NCBI GenBank assembly: GCA_054600435.1
Contig: BAAIJX010000059.1
Location: 62,001 to 126,000 of the forward strand
Length of the DNA: 64,000 nt
Origin: Neophaeotheca triangularis
Lineage: Eukaryota
Direction of reading: 5' to 3'
The notes below the pieces were generated by a model. It had not been told where the DNA came from and did no database searches. It saw only the letters and a program-made list of their open reading frames with translations. The translations under genes and the position numbers were made by a program. Positions 49,368 to 63,348 of the stretch are shown here, piece by piece (the first letter of the stretch is position 1; every line of letters begins with the position of its first letter).

Positions 49368-52300
49368 GGTGCTTTCGGCAACGATTCTGTGGTGAACTGT
49401 TGTGACTGGAGATTTGGCAGAGTGGGCAATTGCAGGTTACATGGATCGACCAAAGGTGGCGATGCTATCGTTGTACATGCCCAAAACGACTCCCATCGTC
49501 GTCAAATAGCGACCGAGAAAAGGGATCCTTAGCGGTCGCGGGTCTCCTAGCGAATGGGTCTTGGCAGTTTTAGTCATTTCAGGCCGTCACTGCGGTTATC
49601 AAAAACCTTCTGGCCTCAGATTGTTCTCCATATATACGGGCGAGGGTCGCAATGGTCTTGTTGCGAGAAGTAGAAGTTCCCACGGGCTTTGGCGCTCCGG
49701 AAGAACAGGTGAAAGCTCATGTCGGCTTGCTGTTCTTAGTCTACGCGTGACTTGATAGGTCCCAAGCGACCTTTCTTGGGCTGGAATGAGAGGTTATGTA
49801 CGGATTGTGTTAGTAAGTGGCGAGCTTCTGCCCTCTGCGAGACTCTACGAGGCTGTCTGATACGAGTTTTCGAAAGCTGGTCCTAGAGTAACCGTCGCCG
49901 TCTTTAGGGTCGTTAGGGTCTTGCTAAAGAAGCTGCCACATTGGCATTGAACTTGTATGAGGTACTAAGGGGATGAGAATCGAGACCCTAGAACTTAGAT
50001 AGAGAGGCTGCATCTTTAGCTAGGTGCTTGCCCTTCGATAGAGCCAGCACGTTCTCACAGTACGCCACGGCTGTCGCGAAGAGGCGAGTCTACTACCGTC
50101 GCTACCTTTTAGGTGGTTGGTTACTACTCTGGTCTAGCAAAGTCCCTGTCACGATCGTTTAGTACTGCCGGAGAGGTGGTCTCGGTCCTAAAACCACACC
50201 CGTATCCCTTTTCCGTCTCTGCTTAACCATAACACCCCCGGAGAGAACATCAAGTCTATACAAGCTTTCCGTCCCTTGCATAACCGACACCGAGCAGCAG
50301 TGGCTGGGGCGATGCTTGCTTACTGCCGGTACGGAAGTCCGTCGACCGGGTATCGGATCGCCATCGTTCATACTTCGCAGACTGCTCGTAAACGGTTATA
50401 CCGCTACATGCTGGTTGTCCGTAAATGTCCTATCGTGTCTGGTGATCATTTTGTGGGGAGCCCAGGGGCAGGAGGATAGTAACGTTTAGGCGACGGGTCC
50501 CCGCCGGGGAGCGGTGAAGGCTTTTGAGCGGGTTTGTTGTTGTGCGTGTTGCGAGGTCAATGCAGCTAGTGGCGTGTGTTGAGCGTTACGAGGCAGATTG
50601 CAGGTGGTGGAGCAGATGGAGTGATGATTTGGTCATGTGAGCTGTATGGTGCGCCGAATAGATCGAAGCCGGACAATAATGTTGCTGTCGGGCTTCAAGA
50701 CAATGCCTCCGCGGCTACCAGATGAGTCCTAATAGACTAACGTGACTACTGCAGCAGGGGTACATCCGGTGAAAGTTTCTTGGAGTCCTGGGGCTTCAGC
50801 CTTCGTCGCATCAGAATTGGGTTCCTCGTGGACTTGAGCCCAGGCACCATCTTGCGCGAATACTGTTGGTATGTGGCAATAAAGCCAACGTCCAACGGGG
50901 GACCCTTGAACCCTTAGTGCATGCAGATGAATAGGGCTAGTAGTCAATAATAATGCGACTAACGTTTGGTCGATTCTTTTAAGAAGCAAGCAAACTCAAC
51001 ACCACGATTCCACGAACGAGCACTCAACCCCAACCGAACATGAGCGTGTCTATGTCGAACCTCAGGCACCCACCCAAACCACCCACAAAGGACGAATCTC
51101 GGAAATTATTATCGTAGAGAATCAAGATCAGGATCGAAAAGCAATCTGACCATCCACGTATCCACATAACCGGTTAGCCGCGATTCCGCAGTGGCAACTG
51201 GCCGATTGCAAGCCAGACTCCATAGTCCCACTCATCGGACGCTAGCATCTGCCGCGGCTCGTGTCGTGTGTAGCTAGCTCTAGGGCGCAAGCTTCTTTGA
51301 CTGCTGCGGTTTTGCTTTTCCTTTGTGAAACAGGTCCAAGGGCAAACGAAATCTCCGAAAATCCGTGGATCTTGAGGGCTTGTGATGTCGTGACTACTCG
51401 CGAGTTGTCGCCTATTCCTCGCACGAACACTACGGAAGCTAGAAGCATTAGGGTTAGCCTTCACCCTTCAATACCATTTCATTCGCTGCGTGCCGAGTCA
51501 TGGAAGGAGTTTCGTTGAAAGAGGGAAACCGTGGGTCGATAACGCAGATTATTATCGTTGCGAGGCTTTGGAGTCAAGGAGTAGGGCTAGTGGCGGACTC
51601 GTATATTCAAGCACTAACTACGATTGTTGCTGCCCAAGTTTAAACGTAGCCACGTTCTAACAAAGTTGTCGCTAGCCATCCGCGGCGTGTAGTGTGCACC
51701 GACGCTGTCAGTTCCTTTCCACTGTAGCAGCCAGCCTCGCAAACAATAATGTCCGAGTACCGGATGCCCGGCTTGATTTCCTAAGAGAGAGCAGCATCTC
51801 GTGCCTCGATAACCGCCCAAGATATGCAATGCCTACAAGAGGACATTGGAATTGTACGGGTGCCGGCCGATTGGTGCAGTTGTATGCTGTTGACACCTGC
51901 TGTGCAGCCATCTTGCGTGCCTGCAGACCAGTACCTAGTTCTACTGAGATTGCTCCATCGGTGCTGCACTGTGGTCGTGTATGCGTACGTACAAACTGCC
52001 CGAAGCCAGCCAGCCAGCCAGCCAGCCAGTCCTGTTGGCTCGATCTCGAAGTTCGCAGCAGCGTTACTGTGGGATTAATGTATGGCAGGCATATCGACGA
52101 ATCGCCGGCGTCCGGTGTCCAGCGTGTCACGAGAGCTGTCGTAACTTGCGGTTGACAGCGGCAAGCCCTTTTGCATTATTATTACGGTCCGGGTCACCTG
52201 AGCCGGACTTCAGCTGCAAGAGTAGAGGCGAGTCAGATTCAATCTTGACCGCTATCTACTATGAATTTCATGAGTCTTGTTTCGCTTGATGAAGCCTTGA

Positions 52301-54798
52301 CAGCGATTCAGCACACTACTACCTACCTTACCTCGTAAAACTACTGTATCGCGATTCTGGATCTAGATGGGAGTGGTGGGGCACAAGACTTGCCACTAGA
52401 AACACGTGTCTGACCCGCGCACCCTTCCCGCTGCTAGTTTGTGGACACTGAGTGGAGTTGAGGATGCTTGATGATGAGGCGTCCTAACAGAAGGTTGGTA
52501 CAGCCTAGCAGCCCGGCAATAATTCGAATCAGAAAGGTCGATGGATTGACTCGAGCAAGTCTTCTTTTCTGACAGTAGGTACTGACATTGTTAGATTAGG
52601 ACAAGGCGTAGAAAAAAAGACCGACTAAACAAACAGTCATGTATTCGAGGCAACGGAATGGTTCCGCAGACAGACGATCCGAAAGGTGCAAGTGTTAACG
52701 AATCTTTAGTGTCGAGAACGGTCTTGGCTGGTGGTGGTGGCGCGCCGTTGACGTCCGACGATGGCCTTGGGGAGATACTCTGCTCGATGATCGGTGGCTT
52801 GCTTCGTCAGGGTCCGGCGTGGCTTGGCTTCTACGGTGTCAACGGCTTTTGCCGCTGCTGTGCGGCTATAGAGCCTACGAGCCAAAGTAGTCGATCAACG
52901 GGTCATTACATGACAGTCATGGCTATCGCTACATGGTGTGTCTACCTACTATGTACCTAGGTAGGTAAGGAAGGGGTTGCTTCTTTGCACTAAATGCACC
53001 ACTACCCGCAGCCTAAGAAAAGCCATCAGCCGATACCGTAGTAGCCTGGGCAGCAGGTGCAGGTTCAGCCAAGTCAGCGATGATCCCTACGTATCTGAGG
53101 TCTCGAGATGCGATCTGAGTTCGTTAGAGTAAAGATTGACCTGAAGATTCCCACGGCTGAGCGTCGGCAGTTTTGCCGCATCCTCTCGCGAACCTAGCTG
53201 CTGCTGTTTTTGAAACCATTGTCTTGTGATGCTGTCTGCTGAGGCCTTGCAAAATCATTCAGAGGAGAGCTAGCTGCTGCTTTCTGCTGTGTTATAGAAG
53301 AGTAGAGAGTTGATGAACTACAATCACCGCTAATCATGGATCTCATCGAGAACATCGCGTGTCAGCGTTCGGTACGGGGTTAACGGTACGGAAGACACGC
53401 TAAAGCGCAGGGATCAGGCCTCGGAGTATGATCGATATTGATTGGACGAGACGTCTTTGGGATCCACACGCATTGGCCCATACTCGATCCTTGTACCGGT
53501 AGTGTATGAACTCTCTATTAGGTGGAGAATGAGAGATCACAGTACAGTAGGCGATAACGACTTCTTATCTATGCTTGCACGACGATGGAGGTGCGACGCA
53601 AGGACAAGGAGGAAGCTGGCAGTAGTAGTCAACAGGTGCGTTATGATATGTAACGGCAAACCTTGTTCCAAACAGTAGTGCATGGTAAGGTTAGGTTTGA
53701 TCGAAGGTATCTAGGAGAAATCCCGGCAGATCTGGTGAAATCGTTGGTTCGCTCGCCCGGAGTAGATCCAGCCGTAAAGCACATATCTCGGCGCTCATCG
53801 CGTCGTGTCTTGATCAGATTCGACCCTTGCCGTCATGGCGAAATTACCGACTTTTTGCGCGAATGGCGGCCGGTAAAATACAGGGCCAATACCTGCTAGG
53901 TAGATAGGTAGTAGTAGTCACTTGTTGTAGAAGATTCGAAAAGGTCTGGGCAGATGCCACAGTGGCGTCTACGGTCCTGCAGAAGAGTCGCCGTTGTCCT
54001 CGACAGGGGTGCTCCAACACCGATCGGAGATGGGACAAAGGTTCGGCTACCTGCTCTGCGTCGCTTAACGAATCGCAGCACGGCGAGGGGTCCCTAGTTC
54101 GCCATTTTCGCTCGCGTCACTCGTGCCATCTTGCCGTTTGCCCTCGACGAGATCCATCTCCTCTCGTCTCCCGGTCGTCTCGTCTCGTCTCGTCTCGTCT
54201 CGTCTCTGCCTCTTTGCTTGCTGACTACTCATCTTCCCCTTCTCTCTACTACCTACCTACTCTCGTCTATCCTGCAGCGGCACAGCGTTTCGACTGGACC
54301 ACACACACACACATATACATACCATCTACCAACACAACACACCACACCACACCACCTACACATACTACTGCACGCATACCACCGTCTCGACAAGTCGACG
54401 CGGCCGAGCTCGCACCACCTGTTGATGACCATCTCAAAGCACGATTAGCGAGCATTTCAGGCGGCTGTTTCGTTTCAAGCAGCAGCGCCGCACTTCGTGG
54501 GACCTTTGACCTACCCACCCACCAGTTCGACTTTGCAGGCTTTTTCCCATTACCACCGACTACGACCTTCTCAACACATCTTGGGACTCTGCCAAAGTTA
54601 CCAATTGCTCACTCGTGCATCTACACGCCCTCTTCACCATCTTTGGCACGGCCCACATATCGCACCAGCGTCTCCGCGTCATTGAAAGCCACATCGTCTC
54701 GGGCGAAACGGACTTGGAATACTTGCTTGCATCGAGGACCATCGACGCTACTTATTTCCCGAGAGTAGAGTCGGCGTACCGACTCACAGGCACTCACC

Positions 54799-56502
54799 AT
54801 GGACGTTCCGAACACGCGGTATGTAGACCCGTCGGCCTCGTCGACTCTCGATTTGCTTGATACAAAAGCACAGTGTGCTGACCACTTGCAAAGACCTCAG
54901 TTGCCCGCCTTGAGTTACTTGGACCACGAGAAAGTTAAACGGGAAGAGGATGCGTACCAAAACAGAAACACATGCGCCCCACAGACGATGCCCATTCCTT
55001 CGCTCGCGGCGAGCCCCGTCCAGCATGGCTACCCACCAGGACCACCTCCGCCCTACAGTCATCCAGGTCAACCGCCAGCTCAGCAGTACGCAAACAATTT
55101 GCCTGCGGTTCAGACTGGACGTCATTCGCCTCTTGGATCTCACCAAGCAGGCGCAGAAAACGAGAAGGAGAACATTAAGCAAACAGTCCGACAATCTTTG
55201 CCATCCATCTCCGAAGCATTGGGTGTAGATGGTGCATCCTACTCCACCGCACCTCCTGCCCAACAGCCTGAACATGCATCTCTCCCGCAATCCGCTGCTC
55301 CGCCATCGCCATCTGCGACTGTCCGACACTCCCACATAGGCATGGAACCGCAGCAACAACACCAGCATACTCACTACAATGCTTCGACTTACCCACCTCA
55401 TCATGCCTACCCCTCGGAGCCGGCACAACACCAATCGCAACTGCCACACGACACTCCGAGAGCTGGTTACGCACCCGATCCCATCAAGGCGCAGCCTCAC
55501 CACATTCACACTCAACAATCGCCCGCCCAGCAACACTCTCAACACCCATCATCTCAACACTACACCCCAAGGCCGTCACCGTCACAAGAGCAGTCAAACT
55601 CGCAATCCAATGGGACTATGCGTCCGCCTGCCACTTTCCCATACGGCTATACATCTTACCCTCAACGATACGCCCCACCTACGCCTTCCTCGAACGTAAC
55701 GCATGGGCCCATCTATCAGCCATCTTCCACATACGCAGCACCACCCACATCAACACCGGCCTGGGCTTCATCCGACAGCGGCGGTTTTCGCCCGCAGGCT
55801 GAAAGGCAGTATGGAGACTCGGTGAAGCGGCATCTCGATCTTTACGATATGGAGTCTGCATTAACCGACGTATGTATCGAACTTCACTGTCACATACGAT
55901 CTCGACTAACACTTGAATTGCAGATCTCATCAACAAGCAGGATAGTCCTTGATTTCTCCGGACGCTACAGTGATCGCATGCACTCAACTGTGCGCTCCGG
56001 TCCGACTCCTTCCACTCTTCCAGGGATGATCGAGATTGACGACATGGTCAACAAGTCTCGTGTGCAGTTGGAATCGCTTCTCAAGATTCGAGAAGTTGTC
56101 CTCGCCCAGCAGGCCGCTTACGAGCAACAAGCCATTGACCAACGCGATCGCGAGCAACAAGCTAAGCCCTCGTTTGCGCCACCCGAACACCACCAGCCAG
56201 GTCCTCACCATGGCCAGCTCGAACGTACCGAGCCTTCCGAAGATGGCCGCAGTGTAGGCTTCGCTGGCTCAGACCCCAAGAAGCGCAGAGGTCGTGCTGC
56301 GCCCCCTGGCCGTTGCCACAGTTGTAACCGCGCCGAGACACCCGAATGGCGACGCGGTCCAGATGGTGCTCGCACTCTTTGCAATGCTTGCGGACTGCAC
56401 TACGCCAAGCTCACGCGCAAGGCAAACAACGCGGCAAGCAAGAACGCATCTGCTGCGGCGGGTAGTTCGAATTTGAGGCCAAAGGAGAGCGGAGGAGCCT
56501 AA
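54799..56502 (+). CDS. nsdD: GATA zinc-finger developmental regulator NsdD/SUB-1; intron 55870-55923
   Basis: RQSLPSISEAL, YGDSVKRHLD, KKRRGRAAPPGRCHSCNRAETPEWRRGPDGARTLCNACGLHYAKLTRK. Confidence 0.92.
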   Translation: MDVPNTRYVDPSASSTLDLLDTKAQCADHLQRPQLPALSYLDHEKVKREEDAYQNRNTCAPQTMPIPSLAASPVQHGYPPGPPPPYSHPGQPPAQQYANNLPAVQTGRHSPLGSHQAGAENEKENIKQTVRQSLPSISEALGVDGASYSTAPPAQQPEHASLPQSAAPPSPSATVRHSHIGMEPQQQHQHTHYNASTYPPHHAYPSEPAQHQSQLPHDTPRAGYAPDPIKAQPHHIHTQQSPAQQHSQHPSSQHYTPRPSPSQEQSNSQSNGTMRPPATFPYGYTSYPQRYAPPTPSSNVTHGPIYQPSSTYAAPPTSTPAWASSDSGGFRPQAERQYGDSVKRHLDLYDMESALTDVCIELHCHIRSRLTLELQISSTSRIVLDFSGRYSDRMHSTVRSGPTPSTLPGMIEIDDMVNKSRVQLESLLKIREVVLAQQAAYEQQAIDQRDREQQAKPSFAPPEHHQPGPHHGQLERTEPSEDGRSVGFAGSDPKKRRGRAAPPGRCHSCNRAETPEWRRGPDGARTLCNACGLHYAKLTRKANNAASKNASAAAGSSNLRPKESGGA

Positions 56503-58345
56503 ACGGAGCCGAAATCTGTCGGCGCCTGGGCCACGCTGCTGTCCCCACGACCAGCTCGCAGCCGATTTGCCGACCACCATTACTTTGAAAATTGCCAGGT
56601 TGCCTTTCCATTTGCCTTTGCTTTTTTATGATACCCCCCGCAAAGAGAAACGAAGATGCATTGTTGTTGCTAAAAAAAAAGCATCGTTGTTGCTTGAGCG
56701 CTTTATTAGAGGCCGCTCGCTTCTTCCCTGTGATGGAAGAGTTGCTTTATTAGAGGCCTCGCCCTTCCTTTTGATCGGTTTTAGTCGATTTATATACCAC
56801 GATGTTACGACCATTGCGCTTGGTTTTGCCGCTGCGTTATTAGACGCGGGCGATGATTGGGGGCTGCATTTATTCTAGGGGGATTTTTACCCGCAGGAGG
56901 GATCTTTTTTTTTCTGGCCCAGGAGTCTGGATTCAAGATGAGGAAGGAGTGTATTGAAGGATCTGGGGTTCACCCGCTTGCTTCTGCGCTGCGCCGACCT
57001 CTGTGGGATTAAAGAGAGTGGTGGAGCATTGCCGGCTGTTGTTTGATGGGTGACTGATGGTTGTACATACCTTTGTAGCTTGAGAGCGCTAGTTGTACTG
57101 ATGCTGTTCCATCACTCGTTTTTTGTTCGTTTTGGCACATCTTTCATTCCATTACTAATCTGGCTTTGAGTAGATCTCATCTCGCAGATGCGCCCTGCGA
57201 ACGACACAGATTGATTAAAAGGATGCAGGTACCTACATGCGGGCAACAAGTGAATGTGCTTACTAGGCTGTCTGTGTTGAACGCTCACGTACACTGACGA
57301 ACGATTCAGAGCCTCGAGGGAAGAGCTGAGCTCCTCACAAGAACTCAAAGCCTCGAGTCAAGTTGAATTCACTCAGACGCGTCGTGCGAATGCGGATTTT
57401 CCATGATGATGCAGGTACAGGCGGCCAAGTGAAGGTGCTTCTTGGACTTTATGTTTAAGCTATATAGTTACATAGACGTGGGTACCTAGGTACAGTTGTT
57501 TGTCCCTGGGACAAGCAATGGTTTCTCGTCTTCTCTTCGGCGAGTCCTGCACGTGATATTAATGGGGATGAAGGCGACTTTTCGTTCGTACCGGCTGGTT
57601 TCGTGCTTCAAAAGGAACTGCACTGCTATCTGTTGCTATCGTCGCGAATCAGACGGGAGCGTAGATATACTGTCCAGGATCTGCCTTCCTAAAGGGGCAA
57701 GCTACATGTGAGAGTGGGCTCGAAAGCTCCAGAGGTGGGATGGGATGATTGGAGGCGTGGGACTGAAAAAAGTTCCCGCCTAACGTGTTAGCTCTCGGCA
57801 TCATTGGTTTGTAATCGACTTTACGACAGCGCCCTACGCATGCGGCATGAATGGTTTTGTTATTTCTATGGTGCTGTTCTTGTTGCACCCTACGGAGATG
57901 GACATGTAGTTGACATTTCAAGCCAAATTGCACCGTCCCTTCTACTTCACTTTCCCCTTCTCCCACCTTCCCATTCCTGCCTCGGAAACGTCATGACCTC
58001 GTGCTAGCCAGCCAGCCCGAACCCCACTTCCACAAACCCCCCATCACTCCCACGTCTTCCACTCTGGGCAACCAGGTCTTACGAAAACGACCACGCCACC
58101 GACCGCGATAGGAGGCACCGATCACCCTCCATCGGTAGACAAGACAAGCGACAGCTCCGTCGGAAGAAGCACGATCGCCGCGACCCGGAAGGCTTGGGCA
58201 GCAGCGCATACGAAACCCTCGCAGAGTTGCACGGCATAGGAAGTCGCGATCGGAGGCGCGCATACACACATACACACAGACAGACAGACAGACGCTGTGA
58301 TTCGAGAGGCGCTTTTGCGGTGCGCGACGAGGCGTTGGAGCCACC

Positions 58346-60692
58346 ATGGGATTGCTGTACGCCCTCCAAGCACACCTTTGACCCCTCTTCCCACGCTTTT
58401 GGCTGGTGAGAGTATTTGCGGAGTGAGAGAGTTGACAATCGTTTGTGATCTGCAGAGCGATAGGCACGCCGCTGGAATGGCCCGAGGCGAAGAAGGTGGC
58501 TGGACATGTCAGGGAGTGGGGGATTGAGGTAGGTCGCGGTGTCGTCCGAAAGCCGGCGAGAAGATTGTGGAATTGAGGGCTGATGTACGGTTTGCGCCCG
58601 CAGCAATTGATGGCGATATGGAGGAGAGCCAAGGGCAAGGAGAGAGATGCGCTGCTTTGGGGCGATGAGGTATGGTAAGCCGATTGTGCGACTGGCGAGG
58701 TGAATATGGCAAGCTCATGCGTGGCGCAGATCGAGTACCTTGTCGTTTCGTACGACGATGAGAATCGCCAAGTCAAGCTGTCGTTGAGGCAGGCGGATAT
58801 CCTCGAGGCGCTGGCGAGTGATAAGGAGCTTTTGAAGCAGGGTGGGGGTGTGCCTGATCTGGCGCGCGGCCCGAAGAAGTTCGTCTGATTGAGATGAAGA
58901 AATGATGGGGCTGGGGTGCTGACGTTTTACCAGGCAGGGCAAGACTGCGCCGGTTTTCCATCCAGAGTTTGGTCGATTCATGCTCGAGGCCACGCCCGGA
59001 GAGCCGTGGGGCATTGGTTTAAAGGATCTGCTCGACGTTGAGCGAGACATGAAGTGGAGGCGAGAAATCGCAAAGAATCACATGAACTCTCGCGAGTATC
59101 CCATCACTTTGACTACCTTCCCACAGCTTGGCGACCGCAAGTCGATAACGCCGTACTACCCACCCTCTGGTTCGAAGCTGCGATCGCAATTCCTACCGGA
59201 TGAGATTGCGAACCCGCACATTCGGTTTCCTACACTTGCGGCCAACATTAGAGCACGTAGAGGCAGGAAAGTCGAGCTCAATGTGCCAGTGTTCCACGAC
59301 GAGAAGACAGCTCGGCCATTCCACGATCCTACCGTTGACTACGACTTGCACAACTGGCCGGAGGACGATGATGTGAGGAAGGGCGCCGCGAAGGAGGACC
59401 ATGTGTATATGGATGCCATGGCGTTCGGTATGGGTTCCTGCTGTCTTCAGATCACTTTTCAAGCGAAGAATATAGAAGAGGGACGGAAGATGTACGACCA
59501 GCTCTCGCCACTCGGACCGATATTGCTTGCCTTGACCGCCGCGACGCCAATCTACAAAGGCTTCTTGGTTGACACCGACGTACGATGGAACCAGATCAGT
59601 CGAGCGGTAGATGACCGTACGCCCGAAGAACTGGGTGAGAAACCCCTCGAGAACGACCGCTGGCGCATCCCGAAGAGCAGATATGCGAGCAACAGCACCT
59701 ATATCTCGCAAGACCCGCGACTACGATCCGAGTATCTCGATCCGGACTTGGTCATCGACGAAGAGCTCAAAGGGCGGCTAGTTGATGGCGGAATGGATGA
59801 TCGTCTTGCCACGCACTTCGCCCATCTCTTCATCCGAGACCCCATTGTCGTTTTCGCCGAAGACCTCGAAGAACTCGACCTCAACAAGACTGATCATTTC
59901 GAAAATCTGCAGAGCACGAATTGGCAACACATGCGATTCAAACCACCTCCACCAGGCAACGACACCGGCTGGCGAGTCGAAGTGCGTCCAATGGAGATTC
60001 AAATCACCGACTTCGAAAACGCCGCCTTCAGTGTCTTTGTCGTCCTCGTAACCCGCGCAATTCTCAGCTTCGACCTCAACTTCTACCTCCCCATCCCCCG
60101 CACCACCGAAAACATGGAAACAGCCCACAACCGTGATGCAGTCCTCAACGACAAGTTTTACTTCCGCAAAAACCCCCTGCCCGGCCGGGCACCGCGTACG
60201 AATGGCGCCTCGGCCTCGGCTTCAGGAGCAAACACTCCGCAACAGCAACCCAGCCGCCCGGCCTCGCCCTTCGGCCCCGTGGAAGACGAATACGACCTCA
60301 TGACCATTGACGAAATCATCAACGGCTCAGCAGCCTCCTCGGCGAGCACCAAATCCAGCTCCCAAGAACCTTCAGACTCCGGCTCCGGCTTCCCCGGCCT
60401 CATCCCGCTAGTGGAATCCTACCTCGACTCTGTAAACGTGGACGTCGAGACGCGCTGCGAAATTGCGCAATACCTGGCTCTGATCCGTGGCCGCGCCAAC
60501 GGGAGTCTGTGGACTGCGGCTAAGTGGATTAGGCATTTTGTCAGGGGGCATGAGGCTTATGCCAAGGATTCGGTTGTCGGGCAGGAGGTTACTTGGGATT
60601 TGGTCAAGGCGGTTGAGAAGTTGACGGTAAATGAGGGCAGGGATGGGTTTGGGAGGGAGATGTTTGGGAATTGTGGGAGGGAGGGAGTGTAG
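58346..60692 (+). CDS. GSH1: Glutamate-cysteine ligase catalytic subunit, 5 exons
   Basis: Spliced N-terminus MGLL|AIGTPLEWPEAKK...WGIE|QLMAIW...LLWGDE|IEY. Also HPEFGRFMLEATPG, YMDAMAFGMGSCCLQ, HFENLQSTNWQHMRFKPPP, GWRVEVRPME. Confidence 0.95.
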
Positions 60693-63348
60693 AGGGACGT
60701 GTTGGGAGTGAAAGTTGCGGCACAAGGGCGGGGAGGTCGCTGCTGGACGGTTTGGGAACTAAAGGAAAACTTCGATCTTTCTGATGGATACAGCTTACAC
60801 ACGGAGACACACTTTTTCGAGCCTTTCTTTGGGTTTTGCTTTTTGACACTGGTCCTTCGAGACCAAAGCGTACACTGACTGGTTTGAGCTCCTTAATCTG
60901 TGGAGGAGTATTGACAAGCTCTCGTAACTTTCCAGATGAAAGGCGAGCTGACTCGAACTCTCAGGAGCGAACCTTCAACCGAGCATCGACTCAAGGGAAT
61001 ATCTACACCTTTGGTATCAGTATAAGATAACCCGTCGATTACCAGGAAGGTCTACAATGCAGAAACCCCCCTGACTGTGGGCCAGTTCCAAGACACCACC
61101 CGCCGATTCCGAGACCCAAGGGCCAGTCAGTCAGCGCTCACGGCTTTCTGGCGTCCGAACTCGCGCCATGCTTGCTCAGCTGGCAACTTGCATGCGCAGC
61201 GCTGTACGTACAGTACGTCTCCAAGCCCTCTCGGCTACAACATGTGAGTCGTCAGTTTTGGTGATGCTGGGAGGGAGCTCAGCCGAGAAGAATGAAACTC
61301 CCAGAACCGCTGCCGGCTTGGACAGAAAGCTCGTTGCCGACGGTAACCCTCGATAGCTTAGCAGAGTTGACACTTTGTTTTTTCAAAAAAGCCGCAAGTC
61401 AACCTTCGCTCTTTCGGAAGTTCGAGCCTATCCCCCTCCATTTCCTCAAAAACTGGGCGCGCGTAGTACCTTACAAAACAAACAAACGTAAGTTGGTTAG
61501 ACCCAGAAGCGCACGCGGCGTGCATAGCCTCTCGCGCACGCACTTTCCGAGACCCTTTGGGCCCCAGGCCCGAAGAAACTTGTCGTGTGGATGGATGATC
61601 CAACAAGCCGCTTTGACAGCCATTTCTAAGCGCCTGGCGAGTAATGACAATAATATGTAAAGAATCATCATACCTTACCTTACCCAGCAATCGTGGACTT
61701 TAGGCCGCTGACAAGAAAATAAAAGTATTCTCACGCGCCGGCTGCAATTTTATTTTCTTTTTCTTTTTCTTTTTACACACAACACGCAAGTCCGCGTACA
61801 TTGGCGCTGACTACTGCAACTTGCAAACGTAGCGTCTTTCATCTTGAGCCCCCTCCCCTTCTAACCGAGAGACGCTGGTACTGACCACACTACCCGGCTT
61901 GAGAACGACTCTAGCTGACTTTTGAAACTCGCAAGGCGGGATGGGAAATCTCTCGGACGATGCGATTGAACGGACGGACGGACGGGCCCGACGAGATCTG
62001 GCGGGTGAAGCCCCTTGCTGTGGAGCTGTTGGTGGAAATTGTTTAAACGCTCGAGAAGAAAAATAAAACCCTTCCGAGAGGGAGGAGGAGGGCGAGCGAG
62101 TTTTCTCTGAGTCGGTCGATGGGCTTCACGGGTCGGTTGAGCTGCTGATGCTTCTGAAAAAAAAAAAAAAAAAAAGAGTGGGGGAAGAAAAGGGAGAGAG
62201 AAAGAAGAGGAGAAAAAAGAGAAAAAAGAAAAGAAAGAGGTGCGAGGCTAGGTATGCGAGAGCGATTTGGGAGTTCAGGTGATGTACTTACATACATACG
62301 GGATCAGGTCAAAGTACTTACTTACTACAATGGCCACTGAGTTCTTTCTTTCTCGAGGCATGTACTGTATGTATGTATACCCACAACCGGACGGCCGAGG
62401 AGGAGGAGGAGGAGGGTAGATAGATGTTCGAGCTAGGTTTTGCCTACTGACTAGTAGTGATTCCCTAGTATACTTGATTAGGTATTACTTGCAGCCAAGA
62501 CTGACCAACTACCTGAACAAACTTCCAGGAACACTAACTAATAAGCGTAGGATATCAAGTAACGTAAATGGAGGGCCTAGTAAGTACGTTGTAGCGAGCT
62601 AAAGATCAAGATAGAAGAGTATCGACTACCAACCACCCTTTCCGGTGTCGAAAGAGATAAGACACACTTTCGGCAAATCCAGAAGCAGGAGCCTAAAAGA
62701 TGAAAAATGGCATTTTCTTTTGTCGGCTGTCAGAAGGCGACAGGCTTGTTACAAGCTTGAAGACGGTGATGCGGAAAACATATACCCAGCCCCCTTTTCT
62801 GTCGTTGCTGTTTAATTCAATTCCTGTCGTCAAAAGTTACATACAAAAGATAACCATTCTCTGTACAAAGCAGCGGCGCACTTTCTTTAAAAAGCCAAAA
62901 AAAAAAAAAAAGATCCCCCCCCGCCCTCCCTCCCCTCCTCCCCGAGTAGATTACCACCAAAAATGTATTGACACCCTGTTCGCGCTATACGCCATACCAT
63001 GCCCTTCTGTTTTTCCCTCCTTCCCGTTCAACGCCCAGTAGGAAGGGGGAGAAAAATCAACCCGCCTCTTGTTCAATCCCTCGGCCTCGATCTCCGTTTT
63101 CCGTACCAAGGCTATGCATCAAAAAGGAGAAGCGGAAATAGTCGTGCGAGAGAGAAGAGAGAGAGGGAGATAAAGGGTAACGTGCAAGCAAGCAAGCGCC
63201 CAACTCATCGCAGCAGCAGCAGGGCCCATACCGTTGACAACTGCGCCCGCAGCCACGAAAGCACGACAGGCGCCCGGCAAGATGCGAAACCCCAACCCGT
63301 CGTCTCTCTACCTGTCCCAACCCCGAAGTCAAAGAACTGCATAGCTCC

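Noticed and set aside
53962..54768. 268-aa ORF upstream of nsdD
   Set aside because: Non-ATG start, and the translation simply reflects microsatellite and CA-rich leader sequence.
62155..62240. Poly-A and purine tract
   Set aside because: Ordinary low-complexity intergenic sequence with no target-site duplication or retroelement body.
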